DNA of 64,000 nucleotides from Mobula hypostoma (Eukaryota). Positions 25,536 to 38,335 of this stretch are shown here, one piece after another. Below the pieces are notes generated by a model. It worked only from the letters and a program-made list of their open reading frames with translations, was not told where the DNA came from and made no database searches. The stretch's first letter is position 1. Every line of letters starts with the position of its first letter. The position numbers and the translations under genes are program-made. The stretch lies in contig NC_086108.1 in the NCBI RefSeq assembly GCF_963921235.1, positions 93,064,001 through 93,128,000 of the forward strand, given 5' to 3'.

Positions 25536-26175
25536 AATAGATTAGATTAGATTAGATTATGTCCTCGTTTATTGTCATTTAGAAATGCATGCATTATAAA
25601 ATGATACAATGTTCCTCCAGAATGATATCACAAGAAACACAGGACAAACCAAGACTAAAACTGACAAAACCACATAATTATAACATACAGTTACAACAGT
25701 GCAAAGCAATACCGTAATTTGATAAAGAGCAGACCATGGGCACGGTAAAAAAAATTCTCAAAGTCCCGATAGCCTCATCATCTCACGCAGACGGTAGAAG
25801 GGAGAAACTCTCCCCGCCATGAACCTCCAAGCGCCGCAAACTTGCTGGTGCCGCACCATTGGAAGCACCCAACCGCAGCAGACTCTGAGTCCGTCCGAAA
25901 ACTTCGAGCCGCCGACCAGCCCTCCAACACAGCCTCTCCGAGCACCATCCTCTGCCCAGCGCTTCGACCACCCACCCCCACCCCCCCCACCGGCCGCCAA
26001 GCAACAAGCAAAGCTGAGGACCCGGGGCCTTCCCCTCCAGAGATTTCGGACCACACAGTAGCGGCAGCAGCGAAACAGGCATTTCTCTGTGCTCTCACAT
26101 CCGTCTCCATCAAATCAGGATTGTTTACGGCACCCTACTTGACAAATAACAGGCACCACCACTGGAGTGGCTGCT
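25536..26175 (-). mobile_element. Related retroposon, tail-to-tail with 24883-25500
   Basis: (TAGAT)n tail on the + strand; shares its 3' ~200 bp and a 5' motif with the neighbour but has a different middle. Confidence 0.75.
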
Positions 26176-27018
26176 GCGAGCTGGACCTGGAATTGAGTAA
26201 AATGCAAATGTTGTTTTGTCTCTGTAAGTATATCAAAATGCCACATATCACAAGTCTGATAAATGAGTTGCTTCAGGGCTGGGCCTGCTGGAAGGGTGTG
26301 ACACCACTGTTTACCATTGATCATTTGTTCAGCTGTGCTGTAGTCCTTATCATCCAAACCGCAGTCCCTGCCTGTGCAAGCCCTCCTGCAGCACCCATGC
26401 AGAGAAACACTGTGGGAAAGTACGGCAGTGAGAGGAGATTTCCAACGAATGTGACACATGTGGTGACATGCTGTCTTTGATTATCTTGAATTACGTTAAG
26501 ACTGACTACCATCGCTTCCACTGAAAGGCCATCTAAAGCAGTAATTTCATCCAGAAGCCCTTTATAGGAGATCATTATTAAGAATGTAGAATCATGAAGA
26601 ACACCATCAGGGCGGTCAAGTAAGTTAATAAAGATGGCTTTAAGATGCATTTCAATAGAACAAATTAATTGACATTAGCAAATCACTGACAACAGGGCAG
26701 TCAAGCAAATTAATAAAGATGGCTTTAAGATGCAGATTAGTAGAACAAAACAAGATGAGAGGTAGCAGGATTTGGGGTGTGAGTTTTGTAATTAAATGTC
26801 TTTTAAACCTAAGGCATGATTGCTAATGGGATGATAAATTTGGCAAGAATTTAGTTGAGCACGGATTTCTTCAAGGGTTAAAGAGCTGGCGGAGATCACA
26901 GAGATTGGAAGAATCAATTCCATTCACAGACTACAAAACAAGGATGAGAGTTATAAAACACGGGTGTTGCATTATTAAGAACCAAGCAATCTTTAAAAAA
27001 AATCTTTTACAAAAGTAT

Positions 27019-27290
27019 GGTGGCACAGTGGTTGTAGTGGTTAGCCCAGCACTTTACAGTATCATCGACCTGGGTTCAATTCCTGTCACTGCCTGGTAAC
27101 AGGTTTCCCCTGGACTTTCTCCCCATGACCACGTGGGTCTCCTCCCACAGTCCCACGATGTACCAGTTGGTAGGTTTATTGGTCATTGTAAATTGTCCTG
27201 TGATCAGGCAAGGATTGAATCAGGGGATGGCTGGGTGGCGTGGCTCAAAGTGCCAGAAGGGCCAATTCCACACTGCATCTCAATAAAAGA
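27019..27290 (+). mobile_element. HE1-like V-SINE; a second partial head follows at about 27297-27420
   Basis: ggcacagtggttgtagtggttagc...gggttcaattcc...ctcctcccacagtccc. Confidence 0.75.
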
Positions 27291-27419
27291 AATAGACGGC
27301 ACGGTTAGCGTAGTGGTCAGTGCAAAACTTTACTGCACCAGCTATAAGATCAGGGTTCAATTCCCACCACTGTCTGTAGCCATGTGAGTTTCCTCCCACA
27401 TTCTTAAAGATGTACAGGT

Positions 27420-27820
27420 TGGCATGAACATCGATTTCTCAAACTTCTGATAATACCACCGCCCCCCCACCACCTTATCTCCTTACCTACCCATCACCTC
27501 TCTCTGGTGCTCCTCTCCATTTTCTTTCGTCCATGGCCTTCTGTCCTCCCTTATCAGATCTCCCCTTCTCCAGCTCTGTATCTCTTTCACCAATCAACTT
27601 CCCAGCTCTTCTCTTCCCCCTCCCAGTTTCACCTATCACCTTGTTTCTTCCTCCCTTCCCGCTATACTTCTTATCTTTTCTTCTCCAATCCTGATGAAGG
27701 GTCTCAGCCTGAAATGTCGACTGTACTCTTTTTGCATAGATGCTGCCTGAACTGCTGAGTTCTTCTAGCATTTTGTGCGCATTGCTTGGACTTCCAGCAT
27801 CTGCTGATTTTCTCTTGTTT
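27420..27820 (+). mobile_element. Penelope 3' terminal repeat
   Basis: ggcatgaacatcgatttctc, pyrimidine tract, hammerhead, gatgctgcctg...ccagcatctgc; same layout as 47250-47670. Confidence 0.8.
27686..27723 (+). ncRNA. Minimal hammerhead ribozyme motif (best-preserved copy)
   Basis: CAATC-CTGATGA-AGGGTCTCAGCCT-GAAA-T-GTC-GACTG: conserved core, stem II, GUC site, stem I CA(G)TC/GACTG. Confidence 0.75.
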
Positions 27821-28079
27821 GTGACAAGTTAGGGTTAATAAGTTGTGGGCATGCAATATTGGCGCTGGAAGCATGGCGCCACTTGTGGGCTGCCCCCAGC
27901 CCATCCTCGGAGTTGGTTGATCATTGACCCAAAACAATACATTTTTCACGTATGTTTTGTTACATGTGTGACAAATAAAGCTAATCTTTTAAAACACAGC
28001 CAAAAATTGGGTGAAGGGAACTTGGTGTCAATTTCAAATTATCTCAGGTTTACACAAGGAGGTTATCCAGATGATCAGT

Positions 28080-31000
28080 GGACAGAGTCAGTTTTCTGCT
28101 CTTGGTGTCAGATGCGGGATTTGCAGGAGACTCCCGGCTTCCCCGATGGCCACATCGGCAGTAGGTGCATCAAGGTGCAGCTCCTTAGAGACCGAGTTAG
28201 AGAACTGGAGCTAAAACTCAACGACCTTTGGCTTGTGAGGAAGTGATCGATGGGAGCTACCGGTGGGTAGACACACCAGAGCCACAGGAGACAGATAAGT
28301 GAGCGACTGTTAGGAGAGAGAAGGGAAGAGCGTGGGGTAGTGGGGAGCACCCCTGTGGCCATCCCCCTTAACAATACGTACTCCATTTTGAGTACTGTTG
28401 GGGGGAGCGACTTACCTGGGGGAAGCAACAGTGACTGTGCCTCTGGCACTGAGTCTGGCCCTGTGGCTCAGAAGGGTAGGGAATGGAAGAGGAGGGCAGC
28501 GGTAATAGGGGACTCTATAGTTAGGGGACAGATAGGCGATTCTGTGGATGCAAAAAAAAAAACCGGGGTGGTAGTTTGCCTCCCAGGTGCCAGGGTTTGT
28601 GATGTTTCTGAGCACGTCCACAATATCCTGAAATGGGAGGGTGAGCAGCTAGAGGTCGTGGTACATACTGGTGCCAATGACATAGATAGAAAAAGGGTGG
28701 AGGTCCGGAAAGCAGAACATAGGGAATCAAGAAGGAAGCTGAGAAGCAGGACCTCAAGGGTAGTAATCTCGGGATTACTGCCTGTGCCACGCGGCAGTGA
28801 GGTGGAGGATAAATGCATGGCTGAGGGATTGGAGCAGGGGGCAGGGATTCAGATTTCTGGATCATTGGGACTTCTTCAGGGGCAGGTGTGGCCTGTACAA
28901 AAAGGATGGGTTGCACTTGAAATGGAGGGGGACGGATATCCTGGTGGGGAGGTTTGCTAATGTTACAGGGGAGGGTTTAAACTAGATTTGCAGGGGAGTG
29001 GGAACCAAAGTGAAGAGGCAGAGGATAGGGAGGTTGGAGCACAAGTAGAGACAGCTTGTAGGGAGTTTGTGAGGAAGGACAGGCAGATGTTAGAGCAAAG
29101 AAGCACTCAGCATAATGATTCGAGATGTGTCTATTTTCAAGCAAGGAGTGTCATGAACAAGACGGATGAACTGAGAGCATGGATCAATATGTGGAACTGT
29201 GACGTTGTGGCCATTACAGAGACTTAGATACCTCAGGGGCAGGAATGGCTGCTGAGTGTGCCAGGCTTCAAGTTTCAGAAAGGACAGGGAGGGAGGCAAA
29301 AGAGGTGGGAGCATGGCACTGCTGATCACAGATAGTGTCCTGGCTGCAGAAAAGGAGGAAGCCATGGAGGGATGGGCTACTGAGTCTGTGTGGGTGGAAG
29401 TAAGAAGGGGGCCATAACTATTAGTCATTAGTCATTAGTTGCCATTAACCCTCCTAAGCTCCGCCTTGCATAGCGTTCTGCATAGGCGTGTTCCACTGAG
29501 TCAGGGAAAGGATGATAGGGTAAAAGAACCATGGTGTAAAAAGGATGTAGAAAATTTAGTTAAGAAAAGAAAGCTTACAAAAAGCTTTAAGAAACTAGAT
29601 ACTGTTAGAGCTCTAGGAAATTACAAGGTTGCCAGGAAGGAGCTTAAGAATGAAATTAGGAGAGCTAGAAGGAGCCATGAGAAGGCCTTAGTAAGCAGAG
29701 TTATAGAAAACCCCAAGGCATTCTACAAATATGTGAAGAGCAAGAGGATGACCCGAGTGAGAATAGGAACAATCAGGTGCAATAGTGGAAACGTGTGCAT
29801 GGAGTCAGAGGAGGTACTTAATGAACACTTTGCTTCAGTATTCACCAGGGAAAAGGACCTTGGCCATTGTGGAGATGACTTACAGGGGACTGAAATGCTT
29901 GAGTATATAGACATTAAGAAAGAGGATGTGCTGGAGCTTCTGAAAAGCATTAAGTTAAATAAGTCACCAGGACCGGACGAGGTATACCCCAGGCTACTGT
30001 GAGAAGCGAGTTAGGAGATTGCTGAACCTCTAGTGATAATCTTTGCGTCTGCAAAAAGTATCAGAGGATTGGAAGTTTGAAAAATTTGTTTCTTTGTTCA
30101 AGAAAGGGAGTAGAGATAACCTAGGAAATTATAGACCAATGAGTCTTACTTCAGTGGTGGGCAAGTTTTTGGTGAAGATCCTGAAAGGCAGGATTTATGA
30201 ACATTTGGAGAGACATAATCTAATTAGAGATTGTCAGCATGTGTTTGTCAAGGACATGTCATGCATTATGGGCCTGATTGAATTCTTTGAGGATGTAACA
30301 AAACACATTGATGAAAGTAGTGCAGTGGATGTAGTGTATATAGATTTCAGTAAGGCATTTGATAAGGTTCCCCATGCAAGGCTCCTTCAGAAAGTAATGA
30401 GGCATGGGATCCAAGGAGACCTAGCTTTGTGGATCCAGAACTGGCTTGCACACAGAAGGCAAAGGGTGGTTGTAGATGGTTTGTATTCTGCATGGAGGTC
30501 GGTGAGCAGTGGTGTTCCGCAGGGATCTGTTCTGGGACCCCTCTTCTTTGTGTTTTTTATAAATGAGCTGGATGAAGAAGTAGAAGGATGGGTTAGTAAG
30601 TTTGCTGATGACACAAAGGTTGAAGGTGTTGTGGATAGTCTGGAAGGTTGTCAGAGGTTACAGCGGGACATTGATAGGTTGCAAAACTGGGCTGAGAAAT
30701 GGCAGGTAGACTTCAACCCAGATTAGTGTGAAGTGGTTCATTTTGGTAGGTCCAATTTGAAGACAGAAAATAGTATAAATGGTAAGACTTTTGGCAGTGT
30801 GGAGGATCACCAAGATCTTGGGGTCCATGTCCATAGGACACTCAAAAGCTGCTGTGCAGGTTGGCAATGTTGTTGAGAAGGCATATGGTGTGTTTCATTC
30901 ACCAATCGTGGGATTGAGTTCAAGAGTCATGAGGTAATGTTACAACAATATAAGACCTTGGTCAGACCCTACTTGGAGTACTGTGTTCAGTTCTGGTCAC

Positions 31001-31499
31001 CTCACTACAGTAAGGATGTAGATATTATAGAGAGAGTGCAGAGAAGATTTACAAGGATGTTGCCCAGATTGGAGAGCGTACCTTATGAGAATAGGTTGAG
31101 TGAACTTGACTTTTCTCCTTGGAGTGATGGAGGATGAGAGGTGACCTGATAGAGGTGTATAAGATGATGAGAGGCATCGATTGTGTGGATAGCCAAAGGT
31201 TTTTTCCCAGGGCTGAAATGGCTAGCATGAGGGGGCATTGTTTTAAGGTGTTTGGAAGCAGGAACAGAGGGGATGTCAGAGAGTTGTGGGTGCGTGGAAT
31301 TCACTGCCAGTGAGGGTGGTAGACACGGATATAATAGGGTATTTTAAGAGACTCTTAGATAGGTACATGGAGCTTAGAAAAATAAAAGGTTATGAGGTAG
31401 GCTAATTCTAGGCATTTTCTAGAGTAGGTTACATGGTTGGCACAACACTGAGGACCGAAGTGACTGTAATGTCCTGTAGATTTCTATGTTCTATGTTCT
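28080..31499 (+). mobile_element. Near full-length decayed CR1 with ORF1 (Zn-finger/leucine zipper, SGNH esterase) and ORF2 (APE partly deleted, RT)
   Basis: CSWCQM...HIGSRC...VRELELKL; VIGDSIVRG, VVVHTGANDI, LYKKDGLHL; VVAITET; PQGSVLGP, FADDTK; (TTCTATG)n tail. Confidence 0.93.
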
Positions 31500-32689
31500 C
31501 GTCAAGGTCAAGTGTAACAAAGTCCTAGTTAAGTATTTCAGTAACAGATGAACTGAGGTAGTGGACAAGTTAGGTGACATGAGAGATGAAAATGTCCTTT
31601 GAAAAGTCAGAAAAATGGAGACAAATATGAAACTGAAATTGTGTAAGGTGTGCCTTGGTCTTAAGCATTAAGACAATATTTGATGTGTGTTTAATATGGA
31701 AATAATTGCAACGAACAGAAAGAGATCGATGTTCATGAAATTATATTTCTTGCATCCCACTCCTTGAAACAACAAACTGGTCTGTGAACTTTGTTCCTTA
31801 ATGCAGGGTTTCTCAGTCATTGCTCAATTTGGGACTGGCAGGGGAAAGAATAGCCAAACACAATGACATCCAGATGTTAAAAGTAAATTCTTCAGTATCT
31901 GAAAATTGAAGTCGGAACATTTCTAGGAATTGACAAGGCTTCATACAATTAATACACCACATACCACCCCCACTTCAGCTTTTTCCTGTCTACTGAAGGA
32001 GTATAGTCTGCACTTGAAGACGGGGCGTGGGGAAAGATGAGGAGTGGGACATACCTGCAGATGGAAACAAAACACTGTACAGGAAGATCCTGTGATCAAA
32101 GTAAGAATCACTCACCTCAGTACAAACATTTTATATGTTTTGCCTAAAGAGAAGATTTTATCATGTACTTTTGTACAGCATGATGCAGCAGGATCCAAAA
32201 TTTATGAATGGACGGACAGCTTTGCTTCACTTTGTCTCTTGCATCACTTGATTGACTCTACGAAAACCATTACGATCCGCCAAGAATCAGGTTGCCACAT
32301 CTCCGGTAGGGAGATCAGAATCAGAATCACTTTTAATATCACTGACGTAGGGCACCACAGTAACGTCATGGCTGGAGGAATGCAAATTCAGCTCAAGGCA
32401 TCAGACTTCGCAGATCAATTCCGATGCTGTCTGTACATTCTCCCTGTGACCATGTGGGTTTTCTGTAGATGCTCCACACCCACCCCCCCATAGTCTAAAG
32501 ACAAACCGGTTAGCAGATTAATTAATTGGTCGGTGTAAGTTAGTTAGTGTTAAACAGGTGGGTTGCTGGGCGGAGTAACTCATTGAGACAGAAGGGCCTG
32601 TTCAGTGCTCCATCTCTAAATAAGTGAATGTTGTGAAGTTTGTTGTTTTGTGGCAATACATAAAAAACTATAAGTTACAATGGTAAACA

Positions 32690-32890
32690 CAGTGGCTCTG
32701 GTTAATTGAGACACATCAGGACCAGTGCATTTTGGCCCAATTAACCAAAGTTTCATCGAAATAGTTAAAAAGGTATAAAAAAAAGATAAACTATCTTTTA
32801 GATGAAAGAACAAATTATGTAGGTAAATGAAATACAGAACAAATTAGAACACTACCAATGCTACTATAGTACTATAAAACTGGAATTAGT
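32690..32890. mobile_element. Tigger/pogo-like MITE, left part
   Basis: cagtggctctggttaatt...; colinear with 61595-61800. Confidence 0.65.
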
Positions 32891-32894
32891 TCCT

Positions 32895-33372
32895 TATGTT
32901 TGCTGTTGTGTGCTGGGGCAGCAGGCTGAGGGTAGCAGACACCAAAAGAATCAACAAACTCATTTGTAAGGCCAGTGATGTTGTGGGGATGGAACTGGTC
33001 TCTCTCACATGGTGTCTGAAAAGAGGATGCTGTCTAAGTTGCATGCCATCTTGGTCAATGTCTCCCATCCACTACATAATGTACTGGTTGGGCACAGGAG
33101 TACATTCAGCCAGAGACTCATTCCACCGAGATGCAACACAGAGCATCATAGGAAGTCATTCCTGCCTGTGGCCATCAAACTTCACAACTCCTCCCTTGGA
33201 GGGTCAGACACCCTGAGCCAATAGGCTGGTCCTGGACTTATTTCATAATTTACTGGCATAATTTACATATTACTATTTAACTATTTATGGTTTTATTACT
33301 ATTTATTATTTATGGTGCAACTGTAATGAAAACCAATTTCCCCCGGGATCAATAAAGTATGACTATGACTAT
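32895..33372 (+). mobile_element. Rex-Babar-like LINE 3' end (different subfamily)
   Basis: FAVVCWGS, SHPLH, KSFLPVAIKLHN; aataaagt followed by (ATGACT)n tail. Confidence 0.75.
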
Positions 33373-33377
33373 TATAC

Positions 33378-33630
33378 AAACAAGAGAAAACCTACAGATG
33401 CTGGAACTCCAAGCAACACACACAAAATGCTGGAGGAACTCAGCAGGCCAGGCAGCATCGATAGGAAAGAACACAGTCAACGTTGTGGGCCCAGACCCTT
33501 CATCAGGACTGGAGAAACAAAAAGATGAGGGGTTGGAGTACAAGGGTGGGCGATGGTCTCAGCCCAAAGCTTTGACTGTTTACTCTCTTCTGTAGATGCT
33601 GAGTTCCTCCAGCATTATGTGTGTGTTGCT
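33378..33630. mobile_element. Penelope-derived inverted terminal repeat
   Basis: Minus strand cagtc-ctgatga-agggtctgggccc-acaac-gtt-gactg; plus arm ggtctcagcccaaagctttgactg. Confidence 0.75.
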
Positions 33631-34550
33631 TATCTCCTAATAGTTACCAATAGAGAAATGCACCCAGTGTAGTTCGCTCTTTGGAGCTCACTGAGCTGAC
33701 TGCATTTTCAGGATCTCCAGGAGCGGCTTGGAAGATGCGCATCTTCAGGGTGCGGTTCTGAGGACAACCCAATTCCTTGTGCATGTTGCCAACTGAAGCA
33801 TCGCAGGAGATTGAAACATCAAGACTGCTGTCAGAGACCTCTGCTCTGAAGCGATATCTCCCTCTCTGGACGGTGAGAGAGAATTTGCTGATTCTCGAGT
33901 CGGGGGAGATTGAATAAACGACTATGCAGACCGTAACATCGAAACAGTGAGCTGTTGGCCTCCCCTCTCGCCGTGACAGGAGCTTAGATCATGTTTTCCG
34001 GGGACTTGCTGTTGCATGGTGGATGGTGGGGATTAATGCTGAGGCAGGTGCAGGAGGGTTAATGCTTTGTGCGTGGGAGGTAGGAGCGAGGCTTTGGAGT
34101 TCCAATGTTTTTCTGTCATTCATACTTCAGGGATTTTTTCTCTCTGGTTCGTGGATGTCTGCAAAGAGTAAGGATTTCAGGTTATATACTGTATACATTC
34201 TCTGACATTTAATTGAACCATTGAACCGTTGAACACTGCCATGTTTTTTTTTTCTGACTGACTATAAAGAGCAAAATCAATGCAGACACCTAGTCCTGAT
34301 AATGGACAACCTTCATACAATGCTTTGGAGCACTGCATCCTCCAAATCTTCATTTTCATAGTTGTGAATGTTCTAATTTATCCAGCTGGAAGGCTGACTA
34401 AGAGAAAGTGTTGGAATTACTCAGCAAGTCATGCAGCTTCTGTGGAGGAAGCCAAAGTTTCAGGCTGGTGACCCTTCATCGGACCCACATGAAGTTAGAA
34501 GTAAAAGAACTTTCAAGATGCAGGGAGGAAAGGAGTGAAAAGAAAGAAAT

Positions 34551-34856
34551 GAGATGAGTTATTAACTTCAAACTTTCTACATAATCACTCAAAGAGTTGA
34601 ACTGCACGTGCGTGTAATAAGAGCTGTATAACTCATCTCCTTCTACCTTAGGCCACAAACTTATCAATCAACCCTGCTGTCGACCACTTCTGGAGCTCCA
34701 AGATGCCAACTTCTACAAAGAAGGGATTGTATGCTCTACGACCGCTGGACTAAGTGTGTAACTGTAGGAGGGGACTATGTTGAAAATAACTGTGCTAGGT
34801 TTTCTAAAATTGACTCCTTCTACCTTAGGCCACGAGCATATCAATCACCCCTCGTA
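34551..34856 (+). mobile_element. Mariner-derived element with transposase C-terminus and duplicated TIR
   Basis: MLYDRWTKCVTVGGDYVE (mariner end); TIR ...tcaatcacccctcg|TA; the same TIR sequence recurs internally at about 34638-34677. Confidence 0.8.
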
Positions 34857-34997
34857 CTTTTAAATCAACTTAACGATCTACAGATTAGGATGGTGGTGAA
34901 TGTTGGTAGGACTGAGGTATTTGATGTTGCAGTGTTCACTGAGCTTGGCAAATAGCTTCCAAATGTTTCATCACCAATCGAGATGACATCTACAGAT

Positions 34998-35680
34998 TTC
35001 ACGATTGTCTGAAGCTCTTGGTGGACCAGGCGCCTTTAAATGGATGAAGCTTCATTGCCATGGCTGGAAGAGAGGCGGGAAGGGTGTCTCCAAGCCAAGC
35101 TGAAACACAGAGGAATGGGATCCACTCTACCCAGCATCTTGTTGGCAAATGTGCAGTCGCCAGAAAACAAAATTGTGGACCTGAGGACAAAGTTGCCGTA
35201 TCGGAGGGAAATGAAGAACTGTTGTACACTTATGCCTGAGTGAAATTTGGTTTTGTCCCAGCACGGCAGATATAACAGTCAAACAGGAAGGCTTCTCGAT
35301 TTTCTATAGGAAGCAATCTGCTGATTTGGAAAAGGCAAAAGGTGGAGGTGTGTGTTTCATGAAAAGCTCTCTGTGGTGCTCCAAATTGGCGTTTTTGCCA
35401 AACTCTTGTTCCTCCAGTCTTGAGCACCTAACAATCAAGTGCCATCCTTTCAGTTTACCTAAGGAGTTCTCCTCCATAATCCTGACCACAGTTTATATAC
35501 CAGCAGCAGCCAACTATAATCAAGCGCTTGTGATACTACCTGCTGCCATCTTCAAACATGAAGTAGTCCTTCCCGACACATTTCAAATCATAGTCGGAGA
35601 CTTCAACCAGGCATGTTTGAAATAAACCCTGCCCAGTTCTCCATCAGCATATAGCCTATAGCACCAGAAGTCCCAACACA
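34998..35680 (+). mobile_element. Rex-Babar endonuclease (APE) fragment
   Basis: LPSILLANVQSPENK, KGGGVCF, VYIP, IIVGDFNQA. Confidence 0.8.
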
Positions 35681-37715
35681 CTAGACCACTTCTTCAGCAC
35701 TACCTACACTTCCACATATCCTCGTATCATCCGCAAACTTTGCCGCAAAACTATCAATTCCATTATCCAAATCATTGACAAACATCGTGAAAAGTAGCGG
35801 TCCCAATACTGACCCCTGAGGAACACCACTAGTCACCGGCAGCCAACACGAAAAGACCCCTTTTATTCCCACTCATTGCCTCCTGCCTGTCAGCCATTCC
35901 TCTGTCCATGCCCGTATCTTTCCTGTAATGCCATAGGATTTTATCTTGCTAAGCAGCCTCACGTGTGGCACCTTATCAAAATGTCTTCTGAGAATCCAAG
36001 TGAATGCTATCTACTGCCTCTCCTTTGCCCACCCTGCTTGTTAATTCCTTGAAGAACTCTAACAGATTTGTCAGGCAAGATTTTCCTTGACAGAAACCAT
36101 GCTGACCTTGACTTATTTTATCATTAGTCTCCAAATACCTCGAAACCTCATCCTTAATAATAGACTCCAACACTTCCCCAGCCACTGAGATTAGGCTAAC
36201 TGGTCTATAATTTCCTTTCTTTTGCCTCTTCCCTTCTTAAAGTGACATTTGCAATTTTCCATTCCTCTGGGACCATGCCAGAATCAAGTGATTCTTGGAA
36301 GATCATGACTAATGCATCTGTCATCTCTTCAGCAACCTCTCTCGGGACTCTGGGATGAAGTCCATCTGGTCCAAGTGATTTATCCACCTTAAGATCTTTG
36401 AGTTTCCCCAGCACACTTTCCTTTGTAATAGCAATGGCACTCACTCCTGCTCTCTGACACTCTGGCACACTGCTAATGCCTTCCACAGTGAAGACAGATG
36501 CAAAGTTCATCTGCCATTTCTTTGTCCCCACCTTACTACATCACCAGCATCATTTTCAAGTGGTCCAATATCAACTCTCACCTCCCTTTTATTCTTTATA
36601 TACTGAAAAAACTTTTAGAATCCTGCTTTATATTATTGGCTACTCTGCCCTCATATTTCATCTTGTCCCTTCTTATAGCTTTTTCAGTTGTCTTTTGTTG
36701 CATTTTAACAGGTTCCCAATCATCCAACTTCCCACTCACTTTTGCTACACCATATGCCCTTTTTTTGGCTTTTATCCAGTCCTTAACTTCCCTTGTTAGC
36801 CATGGTTGCCTACCGCTGCCATTTGATAACAACTTCTTCTGTGGGGAATATCTATCCTGCACCTTGTGAACTATTCCCAGAAACTTCAGCCATCTCTGCT
36901 CTGCCATCATCCCCACCAGTATCCTCCAATCTACCCGAGGAAACAAACTCCTCTCTCATGCTTCTGTAATTCCCTTTATTCCATTGCAATACTGATACAT
37001 GTGACTTGTACTTGTCCCCCTCAAATTACATTCAGTCATATAAAGATCACTACCTCGTAAGGATTCATTTACATTAAGCTCTGTAATAAGATCTGGGTTA
37101 TTATACAACACCCAATCTAAGATAGCCTTTCCCCGAGTAGGCTCAAGCACAAGCTGCTCTATAAAACCATGTCCGAGGCATCTCTTTCGACATGACACCA
37201 ACCTGGTTTTCCCAGTCCCCTTACATATCGAAGCCCTCCATTACAATTGTGTCATTACCCTTATTACATGCTTTTTTCAGCTCCCTTTCCAATCTCAACC
37301 CTAATGATTCCCATGATGTTTTTTTTTACCTTTGCAGTTTCTTCACCCACAAAGATTCAGCATTCTCTGACCCTCTGTCACCTCTTTCTAAAGATGTAAC
37401 TCCATCTCTTACCAACAGAACCACACCACTGCTCTCCACTATCTGATGTTCTCCCTTCCCTCTCCTGACAGTCACCCATTTTTCTGTCTCCCGTAGCCTG
37501 GGGTGACTACCTCCCTGTCGCTCCTGTCTATCGCTGCTTCACTTTCCCTAACAGGCCAAAGGTCATCGAGCTGCAGCTCCAGTTCTCTAACTCGGTCTCT
37601 AAGGAGCTGCATCTTGATGCACCTACTGCAGATGTGGCCATCGGGGAAGCTGGAAATTTCCTGGAAATCCAACATCTGACACATAGAACAGAACACTGGC
37701 TCTGTAGACACACTC
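35681..37715 (-). mobile_element. CR1 with large internal deletions (ORF1 start, APE, RT pieces)
   Basis: MSTEPVFCSMCQM...VRELELQL; EPTRGKAILDWV; QHGFCQGKSCLTNLLEFF; PQGSVLGP...FADDT. Confidence 0.9.
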
Positions 37716-38068
37716 TCTATTCTCTATAGAGTTAAATAAGATATAAGGAATGAACTTAACTTGCTTCTACCCATTCCTGCTGAAGCCCTGTTGAGGCAAA
37801 ACCTTACTACTCTGACTCAAGACTACTTTGACAATGACTGCTCCGCTAGGTGTTAGCTCTCTTTTATAGAGACTGGGTTTTTAAAAGTTCTTTGTCAGAC
37901 CTGCGTGGGAATGCGCTGTTGTGTCTGTGCAGTACTCCAATAAACACAGGCCTAATGCAAGCAAGATGGTTGGTATGGACTTAGTGGTACTAACAGACCT
38001 CTCTCTGCCACATACATTTCTATAACTCTACAGCAAACTCTTATTTGCTTGAATGGTCCCAACACTAT

Positions 38069-38335
38069 TGTTATGTATTTACTATTTCTCTAATATTTGA
38101 GTAATCTTGTTTATATATATATATGTGTGTGTTTCTGCTTGTTGATTAAGCATTCTTGTTTATTTAAATAATTAATTATGGGTTATATGTAAAAATATGT
38201 TAATTGCATACATCCTCACACTACCACATGATACGTTCACACCTCGCTAAAAGTAAACTCAAAGTTACACTTGTCTTTTGGACTCCTCAATCCTTCCTTT
38301 GAACTAATAAATGTTTTGAAGTACAAAATATAACA
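38069..38335 (+). repeat. 5' LTR of copy B
   Basis: tgttatgtattt...tataaca (TG...CA, terminal inverted tgtta/taaca). Confidence 0.85.

Noticed and set aside
25842..26480. 212-aa Pro-rich ORF
   Set aside because: Mostly antisense of a GC-rich repeat, with no recognisable domain.
31999..32100. Plus-strand exon (ctgaag|...|gtaaga)
   Set aside because: Stops occur in all frames from the acceptor, no peptide is recognisable, and nothing else supports it.
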